The notes under the pieces were generated by a model that saw only the letters and a list, made by a program, of their open reading frames with translations, was not told where the DNA came from and did not search any database. A stretch of 64,000 nt of DNA from Gemmatimonadota bacterium (GTDB lineage: Bacteria; Gemmatimonadota; Gemmatimonadetes; Palauibacterales; KS3-K002). Location of the stretch: positions 2,600,644-2,664,643 of the forward strand of contig CP070815.1 in NCBI GenBank assembly GCA_020344215.1, written 5' to 3'. Every line of letters starts with the position of its first letter. Positions within the stretch are counted from its first letter, which is position 1. This document shows positions 55,274-64,000 of the stretch, one piece after another. A program made the translations under genes and the position numbers.

Positions 55274-57070
55274 CTACTGAATCGCCACCTCCTCGTCTCT
55301 AAACTGGTGCTGATACAACCGTGCGTACAATCCGTCCAACGCCAAGAGCTCCGCGTGTGTCCCCGCCTCCACAACCTGGCCGCGGTCCAGCACCAGCACG
55401 CGATCGGCGCGCTGCACCGTGCTCAGACGGTGGGCGATAATCAGTGTCGTCCGACCCTGCATAAGCCGCTGCAGCGCCTCTTCGACCAGGCGCTCGCTCT
55501 CCGTATCCAGGCTGCTGGTCGCCTCGTCGAGGATGAGGAGCTGCGGATCCTTGAGCAGCACACGGGCGATGGAGATCCGCTGCCGCTGGCCGACCGAGAG
55601 CTTCACCCCGCGCTCGCCCACCCGTGATTCGTACCTATCGGGCAGACGCTCGATGAACTCTGCGGCGTGGGCTGCCCCCGCCACCGCTTCGATCTCCTCC
55701 CGCGTCGCAGCATCGCGTCCGTAGGCGATGTTCTCCTCGATGGTCGTCCCGAAGAGCATCGGTTCCTGCGGCACGATGCCGACCGCTAACCTCAGGTCGG
55801 CGAGCTTCAGCTCGCGCAGGTCGTAACCGTCGAGGGCGATCGATCCGCGCGTCGGGTCCCAGAAGCGGGAGACTAGACCGGCCAGCGTCGACTTGCCGGC
55901 ACCGCTCGGCCCCACAAGTGCCACGACTTCTCCCGGCGGGATCTCCAGCTCAACCGCCTGCAACGCCCAGGGCAGCGACGCGCCGTAGCGGAACCAGACG
56001 CCCCGGAATGCCAGGGTCCAGCCTCGCCCCGGCTCCAAGCGCCGCGGCTGCGGCGGGTCGGCCACCGTCGGCTTCTGATCCAAGAGCTCGAAGACCCGCT
56101 CGGCGGCACCCTGCGCCTCCTGGTAGCCACCCCACAGGGAGGCGAGTGAAGTGATGGCCGCCGCAACCATCACCGCGTACAAGAGGAAGGAGACGAGCTG
56201 CCCACCTGTGATATCGCCGGACAGCACCATACGGCCGCCCTGCCAGAGGACGGCGACGATGCCGCCGAAGGTCACCAGCGTGATGGCGCCGAAGAACACA
56301 CCGCGAGTCAAGGCGCGGCTCAACGCCGCCCGCAGCGCCGCGTCGATCCCCTCCCGATACCGCAAGGCCTCCGTCGCCTCGCGAACGAAGCTTTGCACGG
56401 TGCGGATCTGCACGATCGCCTCCTCCGCCACCGTGTTCGCTTCCGCGATCTCGTCCTGCACTAGCGTGCTCGCTCTGCGCAGCCGCCGGCCGAATAGCAT
56501 CGCGAAGAACACGACCGCCGGCGCCACGGCCAGCGTCGTGAAGGTCAGCTGCCGGTGCATCAGCGTGAGCAGGGTGAGCGAGCCCACCAGGTAGAGCAGC
56601 TGGCGCAACAACTCCGAGATCTGATAGCTCAGCACCCCCTGCAACCTCACCACGTCTGAGGTCAGGCGGCTGGTGAGCTCGCCGGTCGTGCGCTCGGTGA
56701 AGAAATCGGGCGACAGCGTGAGTAGGTGAGTGAAGAGATCCTTCCGGATACCGGCGATCACCTTCTCGCCCGTCGCCCCCAGCAGGTAGACCTGGGAGAA
56801 GTTGAAGAGGGCTTGGATACTGAACAGCCCCAGCAGCAGCAGCGCGATCCGGTTGAGCAGTCCTCGATCCATGGCGACGAACGCCGCGTCCATCAGGTGC
56901 CGGACCACCAACGGGAAGGCCAGCCCGATGCTGCCGCTCAACAGCAGCAGAACCGTCGCCGCCGCCAGTGCCCAGCGGTGAGGGTAGAGCCGCGAGCCCA
57001 GGCGCCGGAAGACGAACAGCGGCACCTGGATCGGTGGCACGCGCAGCTTCGTGCGGGTCGTCTCTGCCAT
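55274..57070 (-). CDS. ABC transporter, fused permease/ATPase (exporter type, MsbA-like)
   Basis: Six TM helices, Walker A GPSGAGKST, LSVGQRQR signature, Walker B ILDEATS. Start at MAETTRTKL, 57070. Confidence 0.9.
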   Translation of the reverse strand: MAETTRTKLRVPPIQVPLFVFRRLGSRLYPHRWALAAATVLLLLSGSIGLAFPLVVRHLMDAAFVAMDRGLLNRIALLLLGLFSIQALFNFSQVYLLGATGEKVIAGIRKDLFTHLLTLSPDFFTERTTGELTSRLTSDVVRLQGVLSYQISELLRQLLYLVGSLTLLTLMHRQLTFTTLAVAPAVVFFAMLFGRRLRRASTLVQDEIAEANTVAEEAIVQIRTVQSFVREATEALRYREGIDAALRAALSRALTRGVFFGAITLVTFGGIVAVLWQGGRMVLSGDITGGQLVSFLLYAVMVAAAITSLASLWGGYQEAQGAAERVFELLDQKPTVADPPQPRRLEPGRGWTLAFRGVWFRYGASLPWALQAVELEIPPGEVVALVGPSGAGKSTLAGLVSRFWDPTRGSIALDGYDLRELKLADLRLAVGIVPQEPMLFGTTIEENIAYGRDAATREEIEAVAGAAHAAEFIERLPDRYESRVGERGVKLSVGQRQRISIARVLLKDPQLLILDEATSSLDTESERLVEEALQRLMQGRTTLIIAHRLSTVQRADRVLVLDRGQVVEAGTHAELLALDGLYARLYQHQFRDEEVAIQ

Positions 57071-57370
57071 AGCTACCTGTAATGTAGACGGGGAGGCGGC
57101 CTCTGTCTTGGTGCGGGTTCGGAGGCGGGAGGGCCACCTCCCGCGCTTGCAGCATCTCACTATCGAGGGAGGGGGCGGGAGGACCACCTCGCGTAGTTCG
57201 CGAGCTCACACCGGAGTCTTTGGGTCGCCTTCGGCCGGTGGCGCGAGCACGTAGCGAGTGGTTCTCTCGCCCCCTCCCTCCCGCCAGCGCCCCCTGGCAT
57301 CTCCCTACCGTGTCGCCATATTGCCTTGGCCCACCATGTTCGATATCAGGACACCGGGAGGCGGTAGACC

Positions 57371-58330
57371 ATGTCTGAGCACTCCGAACCGGCGGCGCGA
57401 GCGACGCTGATGCGCTTCGCCGCGCTGGCCTTCGTCACCGCGGTCTTCACCTACGCGCTTATCGTATTCGGCGGCATCGTGAGGATCACCGGCTCCGGCA
57501 TGGGGTGCGGCAACGACTGGCCGCTGTGTAACGGCCGGCTCATTCCACCGATGGACTTCGAGACCCTGATCGAGTACGGCCACCGGCTGGCCGCCCTTCT
57601 CGTCAGCGTCCTCGTCCTCGCCGTCACGGTCTATGCGCTCCGCCACCGTCGATCGATCGGCGCCGGCGGCCGCGGTATCGTCGGGCTGGCTATCGCGGCG
57701 CTCGTTCTCCTGATCGTACAGATCCTGGTCGGCGCCGTCACCGTGTGGCTGGAATTGCCCACCGCCACTGTGGTCCTCCATCTCATCGTCGCATCGACGA
57801 TTCTCGCTCTGTTGATCATCGCCAGCCTCCAGGCGCGGGCGGAGGCGCGCCCGGCGTTCCAGGCCGGCGGCGCGCAAGCCAGCTACCCGCGCTGGGTGGT
57901 GACTACAGCCGCACTCGGCTTCGTTCTTATCCTCTTCGGCGGGCTAGTCGCCAACACCGGCGCCGGGCCGCTCTGCCAGGGCTTCCCACTCTGCAACGGC
58001 CAGCTCTTCCCCGAGGGCGGTGGTCTCGTTCACCTACACTGGACGCACCGGCTGCTCGCCTACGCCATGCTGGTCCTGGTCATACTGTCAACGGCGAAGA
58101 CCTTGCGGGAGAAAGCGCCGCCGCCGATTGGGCGCTGGTCGCTGGCCGCGCTGATCCTGGTCGTGGTGCAGATCGTGGTGGCCGCGGCCCTCGTGCTCCG
58201 TCACCTCCCCTCCGACCTCCGGGGACTGCATTTGGCGGTCGGCGTAGCCTTGTGGGCGGCGCTCGTCGTATGGGCGACCCTCGCCCTGCAGCACGCAGCT
58301 TCGCCGACGCTGCACGGCCGGGCCGCCTAG
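57371..58330 (+). CDS. ctaA: Heme A synthase (CtaA/COX15 family)
   Basis: GGIVRITGSGMGCGNDWPLCNG motif, duplicated four-helix halves with conserved His. Confidence 0.9.
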   Translation: MSEHSEPAARATLMRFAALAFVTAVFTYALIVFGGIVRITGSGMGCGNDWPLCNGRLIPPMDFETLIEYGHRLAALLVSVLVLAVTVYALRHRRSIGAGGRGIVGLAIAALVLLIVQILVGAVTVWLELPTATVVLHLIVASTILALLIIASLQARAEARPAFQAGGAQASYPRWVVTTAALGFVLILFGGLVANTGAGPLCQGFPLCNGQLFPEGGGLVHLHWTHRLLAYAMLVLVILSTAKTLREKAPPPIGRWSLAALILVVVQIVVAAALVLRHLPSDLRGLHLAVGVALWAALVVWATLALQHAASPTLHGRAA

Positions 58331-58368
58331 CGCCGAGCTGACCCAGCCGTGGGAGGCCCCGGCCGGCT

Positions 58369-58797
58369 CTACGCCGCCGGGTATAGCTGGTAGAGCATCA
58401 GGTAGACGACGATCCCGGTGACCGACACGTAGAGCCAGAGCGGGAACGTCCAGCGGGCGATCCGCCGGTGCCGGTCGTACCTCTTCCAGAGCGCGAAGAA
58501 CAGGGTGACGATCACCAGCGGCACGATGATCATCGCAAGGATCGTGTGGGACGCGAGCACGATGAAGTAGATCGTTCGTGCCAAACCCACTCCCGTGAAC
58601 CGGGTCGTGCCCGCGTGATAGTGGTAGAAGAGGTAGCCGGCCAAGAAGAGCACCGAGGTGCCCAGAGCGGACAGCACCAAGGCGCGGTGCAGCGGGACGC
58701 GGCGCTTGCGAATAGCGATGTAGCCGGCGACCAGCAGCAGCCCGCTGGTCGCGTTGAGTACGGCGTTTACCGCGGGAAGATCATCGACGGAGATCAA
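58369..58797 (-). CDS. DUF420 family membrane protein
   Basis: Four-TM protein with a VLNATSGLLLVAGY...YHYHAG pattern like DUF420. Confidence 0.75.
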   Translation of the reverse strand: MISVDDLPAVNAVLNATSGLLLVAGYIAIRKRRVPLHRALVLSALGTSVLFLAGYLFYHYHAGTTRFTGVGLARTIYFIVLASHTILAMIIVPLVIVTLFFALWKRYDRHRRIARWTFPLWLYVSVTGIVVYLMLYQLYPAA

Positions 58798-58829
58798 GCT
58801 ACCCGACCGTCAGGCGGACCCGGGCTGAC

Positions 58830-59021
58830 CTACTCCTCGCCCAGGAAGCGCTTCAGGTTCCTCAAGTACAATACGAACACGACCGTGGCCACGCCGAACC
58901 CGACGGCCGAGGCCAAGGCCCAGAACTGCCGCGAGCTCGCGTAGGCCATGGCGGACCAAACCGCGAACCCTAAGGTGAAGACAATCGCGGTTGAGATGAG
59001 GACTTTGTGAAAGTTGACCAT
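58830..59021 (-). CDS. Small two-TM membrane protein, hypothetical
   Basis: 63-aa hydrophobic ORF between DUF420 and ctaB, same strand. Confidence 0.45.
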   Translation of the reverse strand: MVNFHKVLISTAIVFTLGFAVWSAMAYASSRQFWALASAVGFGVATVVFVLYLRNLKRFLGEE

Positions 59022-59023
59022 CG

Positions 59024-59905
59024 TTAGACCTTATCCACCACCATCAGGATGAGCAGGACGGGGAGATAGAGCACCGAGCCCAGGAACAGGCGACGCGCGT
59101 TCAGGCCGGTGCGTGACGCTGCGAGCGCTACACCCAGGGCCAAGAAGGCCAGTCCCAGCGTCAGCGCGCCGAAGAAGTAGATCGCTCCCGTCAGGCCCAT
59201 CACCGTGGTCAGCAAGCTCACCGCCACGAGCGCCAGCGTGTAAAGGATGATCTGCCGCGAGGTCCGTTTCCCTTCGTCGTCGATCACCGGCAGGATCGGG
59301 AAGCCGGCGCGAGCGTAGTCCTGCTTGTACAACCAGCCGATGGCGAAGAAATGCGGCATCTGCCACAGAAAGACGATCCCGAACAGCACCCAGGCCAGGC
59401 TATCCAGCCGCCCCGTCACCGCCGTGCACCCCATCATCGGCGGGATCGCCCCCGGCACCGCGCCCACCACCGTGCACAGCCAGCTCCGCCGCTTGAGCGG
59501 TGTGTAAGCGAAGATGTAGATCAAAAGCGACGCCGCACCGAGCACCGCCGTCAGCGGGTTGACCAGCGCCACCAGGTACAGCGCACCGCCCACGGAGATC
59601 CCCGCCGAGAACACAAGCGCCGTCGACGACCTGAGCCGCCCGGCGGGCAGCGGCCGCTTACTGGTCCGCTTCATCTCCGCGTCCGCACGTCGCTCGGCCC
59701 ACTGGTTGAGCGCGTTGGTCCCGGCCGCCAAGAGCCCGGTGCCAAGTAGCGTGTGAACCAGAAGCACCCAATCCAGCGACCCTGAAGCCGCGAGGTAGAA
59801 GCCCACACCGGTGGTGATCAGCACCAGCCATGTGATGCCCGGCTTCGTCAGCGCCCAGAGATCGGCGGACACGGTCCTAACGTGCATACTCCAAAAGGAT
59901 GGCAA
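59024..59905 (-). CDS. ctaB: Protoheme IX farnesyltransferase (heme O synthase)
   Basis: UbiA-type prenyltransferase motifs (LAAGTNALNQWAERRADAEMKRTSKRPLPAGRL). Confidence 0.9.
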   Translation of the reverse strand: MPSFWSMHVRTVSADLWALTKPGITWLVLITTGVGFYLAASGSLDWVLLVHTLLGTGLLAAGTNALNQWAERRADAEMKRTSKRPLPAGRLRSSTALVFSAGISVGGALYLVALVNPLTAVLGAASLLIYIFAYTPLKRRSWLCTVVGAVPGAIPPMMGCTAVTGRLDSLAWVLFGIVFLWQMPHFFAIGWLYKQDYARAGFPILPVIDDEGKRTSRQIILYTLALVAVSLLTTVMGLTGAIYFFGALTLGLAFLALGVALAASRTGLNARRLFLGSVLYLPVLLILMVVDKV

Positions 59906-60158
59906 GCACCAGAATGACCGCCAGCGGGAGCGGTGCCGAGGCCAGCAGGATCACCCGCAGCCGCTCGAACCTCAGGTGCATGTAGTACATCGCCACCAGC
60001 GTCGCCTTCCAGATCGCCAACCCGACCAGCACCAGAATCAATACGCTTCGGGGCAGGCCGCTCAGGTAGGCGATCCCCACCTCGACCACTGTCAGCACCA
60101 ATAGCAGGAACCAGATGAAATAGTAGTTCGGCTGCTTCTTCTTCTCCACCATCTCCAT
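59877..60158 (-). CDS. Cytochrome c oxidase subunit IV (prokaryotic COX4_pro type)
   Basis: Three TM helices. AGGTGA RBS before the ATG giving MEMVEKKKQPNYY. The ORF-track GTG at 60203 likely over-extends into the repeat element. Confidence 0.75.
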   Translation of the reverse strand: MEMVEKKKQPNYYFIWFLLLVLTVVEVGIAYLSGLPRSVLILVLVGLAIWKATLVAMYYMHLRFERLRVILLASAPLPLAVILVLAILLEYAR

Positions 60159-60208
60159 CAACTCACCTCGAGACCGCTCGATTCCACGAGCCATTCCCCT
60201 CACTACCC

Positions 60209-60270
60209 CGTCATCCTCGTCCTCGTCATCGTTCTCATTCTCGCCCTCGATGACGAGGGCGAGGGCGACG
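60209..60270. repeat. Hexamer-array palindromic element (TCGTCC-type arm / GACGAG-type arm) between coxIII and coxIV
   Basis: Left arm tcatcc tcgtcc tcgtca tcgttc tcattc tcgccc. Right arm gacgag ggcgag ggcgac gaggag gagta. Confidence 0.65.
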
Positions 60271-60287
60271 AGGAGGAGTACCCCCGA

Positions 60288-60938
60288 TCAGATCAAGTAA
60301 ACGATCGTGAACAGGATGATCCAGACCAGGTCGACGAAGTGCCAATACAGCCCGATCACCTCCACTCCCCCGTGGCTCTCCTTCGTGTAACCGCCGCGGA
60401 ATGCCTTGACGGTCACCCAGACCATGCACAGCACACCGATCGAGACGTGCGCACCGTGGAAGCCCGTCATCGTATAGAACGTCGAGCCGAACAGGTGACA
60501 GCTCGGCACCACGGTCGCGAGCTCCTCGCTGCAGTGCGGCAGGAACCCTTCCCGCGCCAACTCGATGTACTCCATGACTTGGATGCCCACGAAGGCGGCA
60601 CCCAGCAGCACCGTGGCCAGCAGGAAGCGCTTCAGGTTCTTCTGGTCCCCCTGCTCGATAGAGGCGAACCCCTTGACCATCGTCACGCTGCTACAGATCA
60701 GCACGAACGTATTGAAGGCGGTGAGGTTGATGTTGAGCGGTGTTCCACCCTCGTCGAGCGGCACACCCGGCAACGCCCAAGCGCTCGCGCCGAAGCGCAG
60801 GATGATGTAGGCGCCGATCAGCCCGGTGAAGAACATGACCTCGGAAGCCAGGAAGACCCACATCCCCAGCTTCTGGTTGTAGATCCGCATGCCGGGCTCG
60901 GCCTTGACACCTCCCGGGAGTGTTATCGCTTCGTTCAT
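60288..60938 (-). CDS. ctaE: Cytochrome c oxidase subunit III
   Basis: Seven-TM CoxIII pattern (WHFVDLVWIILFTIVY). Confidence 0.95.
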   Translation of the reverse strand: MNEAITLPGGVKAEPGMRIYNQKLGMWVFLASEVMFFTGLIGAYIILRFGASAWALPGVPLDEGGTPLNINLTAFNTFVLICSSVTMVKGFASIEQGDQKNLKRFLLATVLLGAAFVGIQVMEYIELAREGFLPHCSEELATVVPSCHLFGSTFYTMTGFHGAHVSIGVLCMVWVTVKAFRGGYTKESHGGVEVIGLYWHFVDLVWIILFTIVYLI

Positions 60939-60976
60939 CGATCTCGCCTATTCTGTCTCTCCAGTTCCTGCCTGGA

Positions 60977-61051
60977 GTAGTCGGTCGTCAGTGGTCGGTG
61001 GTCAGTAATTCCCAGTTCGCCAATCACCGACCACTGACTACCGATCACCGA
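60977..61051. repeat. Heptamer-array palindromic element (GTGGTCG-type), a sequence relative of the element at 44589-44677, between coxI and coxIII
   Basis: Left arm gtagtcg gtcgtca gtggtcg gtggtca gtaattc. Right arm aatcacc gaccact gactacc gatcacc ga. Ends one base before the coxI stop. Confidence 0.7.
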
Positions 61052-62791
61052 TCACTCCTCTCCGACACCGGCCCCAACAACTTCGCGCTCGCCGTTCAGC
61101 GGGACGTCCTGCGGCAAGTAGTCCTCCTCCACCTCGGGCGAGCTGAACTCGTACGGCCCGCGATAGACGATGGGCGTCACCGCGAAGTTCCCGTGCGGCG
61201 GCGGCGACGCGACCGTCCATTCCAACCCGTTGTCCCGCCACGGGTTGGCTTCGGCCTTCTTGCCTCTGAACAGGCTCCAGAAGAAGTTGGCGATGAGCGG
61301 CAGCTGGGCGACGAACAGCAGAATCGCGCTGATCGTGATGAACTTGTTCAGCGGCTGATACGGCTGCAGGAACTCGTACTGCGTGGGATCGTAGATCCGA
61401 CGCATGTGGCCGCCCATGCCGAGGATGTGCATGGGGAAGAAGGTCAGGTTGTAGAAGATGAATGTGAGCGCAAAGTGGATCTTGCCCCACGCCTCGTTCA
61501 TCATCCGGCCGAACATCTTCGGGAACCAGAAGTAGATGGCGGCAAATATGGCCATCAGGCTGCCGCCGAACAGCACGTAGTGGATGTGGGCGACGATGAA
61601 ATACGTGTCGTGGATGAAGATGTCTACGGAGTTGGACGCCATGAAGATGCCGCTCAACCCACCGATCGTGAACAGCGACACGAACCCGATGGCGAAGAGC
61701 ATCGGCGTGTGGAAGCGCAGGTTCCCACGCCACATGGTGCCCAGCCAGTTGAACACCTTGATCGCCGAGGGGATCGCGATCGCCATCGTCGAGATCATGA
61801 ACGACGTACCCAGCAGCGGGTTCATCCCGCTCTGGAACATGTGGTGGCCCCAGGTGATCCAGCCCAGGAACGCGATGGCGATGATCGCCAGTACCATCGA
61901 GTGGTAGCCGAAGACCGGCTTCCGCGACCCATTGGCGATGACGTCCGAGATGATCCCCATCGCCGGCAGGATCAGGATGTAAACCTCCGGGTGCCCGAAG
62001 AACCAGAACAGGTGCTGCCAGAGGAGCGGCTGCCCGCCGTCCGCAGGCAGGAAAAACGTCGTGCCGAGCGTCTGGTCGAAGAACAGCAAGATCACCGCCG
62101 CTGCCAGGATCGGAACTGCCAACAGCGCTATGATCGCCGTGATGAACAGCGCCCAGATCGACAGCGGCATCCGGAACAGCGTCATCCCAGGCGCCCGCAT
62201 GTTGATTACGGTCGTGATATAATTCACCGAGCCGAGCAGCGAAGAGGCACCGAAGAGAACGATGCTGATGATCCAGAGCTGTTGTCCCAGCGAGACTCCG
62301 GTGTATTGCGGAACGGCACTCAGCGGCGCATAGGCGGTCCAGCCCGCACCCGGCGCACCGCCCTCCACGAACAGGCTCGCCGTCATGACGATCCCCGACT
62401 GTACGAATATCCAGAAGGAGAGCATGTTGAGCCGTGGGAAGGCCATGTCCGGCGCGCCGATCTTCAAAGGGATCAGATAGTTGGCGTAGACGCCGACCAG
62501 CAGCGGCATTACCGCGAAGAAGACCATGAACGTGCCGTGCATCGTCACCAGCGCGTTGTAGAACTTCGGCGCTACAACCCCGACGCCGGGCATCGCCTCA
62601 CCAGGGAACCCGAGCTGCCAGCGCAGCATGATCGCCAGTACCCCGCCGAGCGCCAGGAACGCCAGGCTGGCAAACAGGAACTGAATCCCGATGATCTTGT
62701 GGTCCGTCGAGAAGATGTACTTGCGAACGAAACTCATCTCCTCGTGGTGCCCGTGTGCCAACGGGGCAGCCATCGCCTCAACTGTCGCCAT
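61052..62791 (-). CDS. ctaD: Cytochrome c oxidase subunit I (heme-copper oxidase catalytic subunit)
   Basis: Canonical CoxI His ligands (WFFGHPEVYILILPAMG, HHMF, DTYFIVAHIHYVL). ATG at 62791 lies just after the coxII stop; the ORF-track start at 62830 would overlap. Confidence 0.95.
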   Translation of the reverse strand: MATVEAMAAPLAHGHHEEMSFVRKYIFSTDHKIIGIQFLFASLAFLALGGVLAIMLRWQLGFPGEAMPGVGVVAPKFYNALVTMHGTFMVFFAVMPLLVGVYANYLIPLKIGAPDMAFPRLNMLSFWIFVQSGIVMTASLFVEGGAPGAGWTAYAPLSAVPQYTGVSLGQQLWIISIVLFGASSLLGSVNYITTVINMRAPGMTLFRMPLSIWALFITAIIALLAVPILAAAVILLFFDQTLGTTFFLPADGGQPLLWQHLFWFFGHPEVYILILPAMGIISDVIANGSRKPVFGYHSMVLAIIAIAFLGWITWGHHMFQSGMNPLLGTSFMISTMAIAIPSAIKVFNWLGTMWRGNLRFHTPMLFAIGFVSLFTIGGLSGIFMASNSVDIFIHDTYFIVAHIHYVLFGGSLMAIFAAIYFWFPKMFGRMMNEAWGKIHFALTFIFYNLTFFPMHILGMGGHMRRIYDPTQYEFLQPYQPLNKFITISAILLFVAQLPLIANFFWSLFRGKKAEANPWRDNGLEWTVASPPPHGNFAVTPIVYRGPYEFSSPEVEEDYLPQDVPLNGEREVVGAGVGEE

Positions 62792-62792
62792 A

Positions 62793-63449
62793 TCACTCCC
62801 CCAGCCCGGCGAGCCAGCCCTCGAACTCATCCTGCGGGAGCACGACGACCTTTCCCTTCATAAGACCGTGCGCCACTCCACAGAGCTCGGCACACGCCAG
62901 CTCGTATTCGCCGACCTCGGTCGCCTCGAACCACGCACGCGTGTTCAGTCCCGGCACCGCGTCCTGCTTAATCCGGAACGCCGGCACGAAGAACGAGTGC
63001 ACTACGTCCGCAGACGTCATGTTGAAGACAACCGGCCGGTTCACCGGCACACGCATCTCGTTGTAACGGGTGAAGTCGTCCTCGGTCCCCAGCTCACCAT
63101 CCGGGCCCGGATAGGTGATGCTCCACGCGAACTGCCGCGCCTCGACGTTCAGTTCCAGCGCGTCCGCGGGAAAACGGTCCGGGTTCTTCACCTGGGACCA
63201 GACTCTCTGGCTGGCTACGGCGATCCCAACGATCAGCACCGCCGGGATCACCGTCCAGATGACCTCCGCCTTCGTACTCCCCTCTACATACGAGGCTCGC
63301 CGGCCCTCCCGTCCCCGGTACTTCACCAGGAAATAGACCAGCGTGACTTGCACGCCGACCAGGACGATGCCGGTCACCGCCAGGATGACCCAGAAGATCG
63401 TGTCCAGCTCCGCTGCGTACGACGACGCTGCACCGGGAAGCCAATCCAT
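62793..63449 (-). CDS. ctaC: Cytochrome c oxidase subunit II (CuA, no fused cytochrome c domain)
   Basis: Two N-terminal TM helices; CuA site HSFFVPAF...ELACAELCGVAHGLM. Confidence 0.95.
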   Translation of the reverse strand: MDWLPGAASSYAAELDTIFWVILAVTGIVLVGVQVTLVYFLVKYRGREGRRASYVEGSTKAEVIWTVIPAVLIVGIAVASQRVWSQVKNPDRFPADALELNVEARQFAWSITYPGPDGELGTEDDFTRYNEMRVPVNRPVVFNMTSADVVHSFFVPAFRIKQDAVPGLNTRAWFEATEVGEYELACAELCGVAHGLMKGKVVVLPQDEFEGWLAGLGE

Positions 63450-63832
63450 CTAGTGCTCCTCCTGATTCCCCACACCCGGTATGCGCGCAGGCTGCCACTT
63501 GAGGGCCCGACTGTAGATGTAATCCATCACACCACCACCACGCCCGATCAGCAGAATCCGGCCCTCAGGCCGGTAACGCGCATCAGACCTGAGATTGCAG
63601 TACGCTGCCGGGTACCTCCCGAGTCACCAGCAGCGGCCAGCTCGGACTATCCAGGGTGGAATCCTGCTGTGTCTACCGATAACGGTAATTACTACTGCCC
63701 TGCAGACCGCAAAGTATACCCAACGCCCCCGAGACCTGTCAACGCAGTCCCGAACCTAGCGCCCCCCAGCTCCTCCTTCCCCACGTCGTGTAGCTTTCCC
63801 TCGCGCCGTCCGGTCCATAGCTTTTCACGCCG

Positions 63833-64000
63833 ATGACCGGCGAGCCCACCATTGTAGCCGTCGACACCGGCGGCACGTTCACCGACTTCGTCGTACTGCG
63901 CGGCGAGGCCGTCGCGGTACACAAGCGCGCCTCCACGCCGGCAAACCCGGCGGAAGCGGTGCTGGAGGGTCTGCGCGAGCTCATCGAGCCGGGCGAGGAG
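63833..64000 (+). CDS. Hydantoinase/oxoprolinase family protein (HyuA-like N-terminus); the 3' end runs off the window.
   Basis: MTGEPTIVAVDTGGTFTDFVVL is a typical hydantoinase A N-terminus. Confidence 0.7.
   Translation, partial: MTGEPTIVAVDTGGTFTDFVVLRGEAVAVHKRASTPANPAEAVLEGLRELIEPGEE

Noticed and set aside
60920-62863. 647-aa plus-strand ORF
   Set aside because: It lies antisense to cytochrome oxidase subunit I, one of the most conserved proteins in the window.
1-64000. CRISPR arrays, tRNA or rRNA genes
   Set aside because: Scanning for tRNA T-arm signatures (GTTCGAATCC-like), rRNA-like conserved blocks and CRISPR direct repeats with unique spacers found none. The only periodic repeats are the 6-7-nt arrays forming hairpin arms.

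Overview
High-GC (about 67-70%) bacterial chromosomal window, densely coding on both strands, likely from a diderm organism: it encodes an OmpA-family protein with an N-terminal beta-barrel and a candidate outer-membrane beta-barrel. I found no rRNA, tRNA, CRISPR array or obvious mobile element.

Recognisable content in order:
- a truncated class V aminotransferase; a YjbQ-family protein; an S9 peptidase with a TolB-like propeller;
- a minus-strand operon of diverged 'his-like' paralogs (HisA/F-like barrel, PHP phosphatase) with an O-methyltransferase, a membrane HhH protein and a secreted amidohydrolase;
- a Tat-signal M24 peptidase; an SDR; a degenerate DEAD-box/DbpA protein; HU;
- a secreted M6 metalloprotease plus a coupled lipoprotein; a histidine phosphatase; a Na:solute symporter; PspA;
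- an ArsR/SmtB regulator with a Zn/Cd/Pb-type P1B ATPase;
- a 945-aa protein with 19 CxxCH heme motifs fused to a HydC/FdnI-like cytochrome b membrane domain, immediately followed by a complete [NiFe]-hydrogenase maturation set (hypCDE, convergent hypFBA);
- a five-gene minus-strand cluster: nonaheme lipoprotein cytochrome, a 500-aa putative outer-membrane beta-barrel, a decaheme cytochrome translationally coupled to it (GTGA), a four-domain monoheme cytochrome c and a small internally duplicated tetraheme cytochrome;
- a GGDEF cyclase, a frameshifted DUF92 gene, a DASS transporter, a CDF transporter, DUF2179, an ABC_ATPase-family protein, MarR with a tandem palindromic operator, an ICMT-like methyltransferase, QueD/QueE, FtsH, OmpA with thrombospondin-3 repeats, an ABC exporter, and a CtaA / DUF420 / CtaB / CoxIV-III-I-II oxidase cluster.

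Most notable:
- the multiheme cytochrome plus beta-barrel cluster looks like a candidate porin-cytochrome extracellular electron transfer conduit, paired with a CbcL-like quinol oxidoreductase next to the hyp genes;
- a family of intergenic hairpin elements whose two arms are tandem arrays of 6- or 7-nt units, at five loci.
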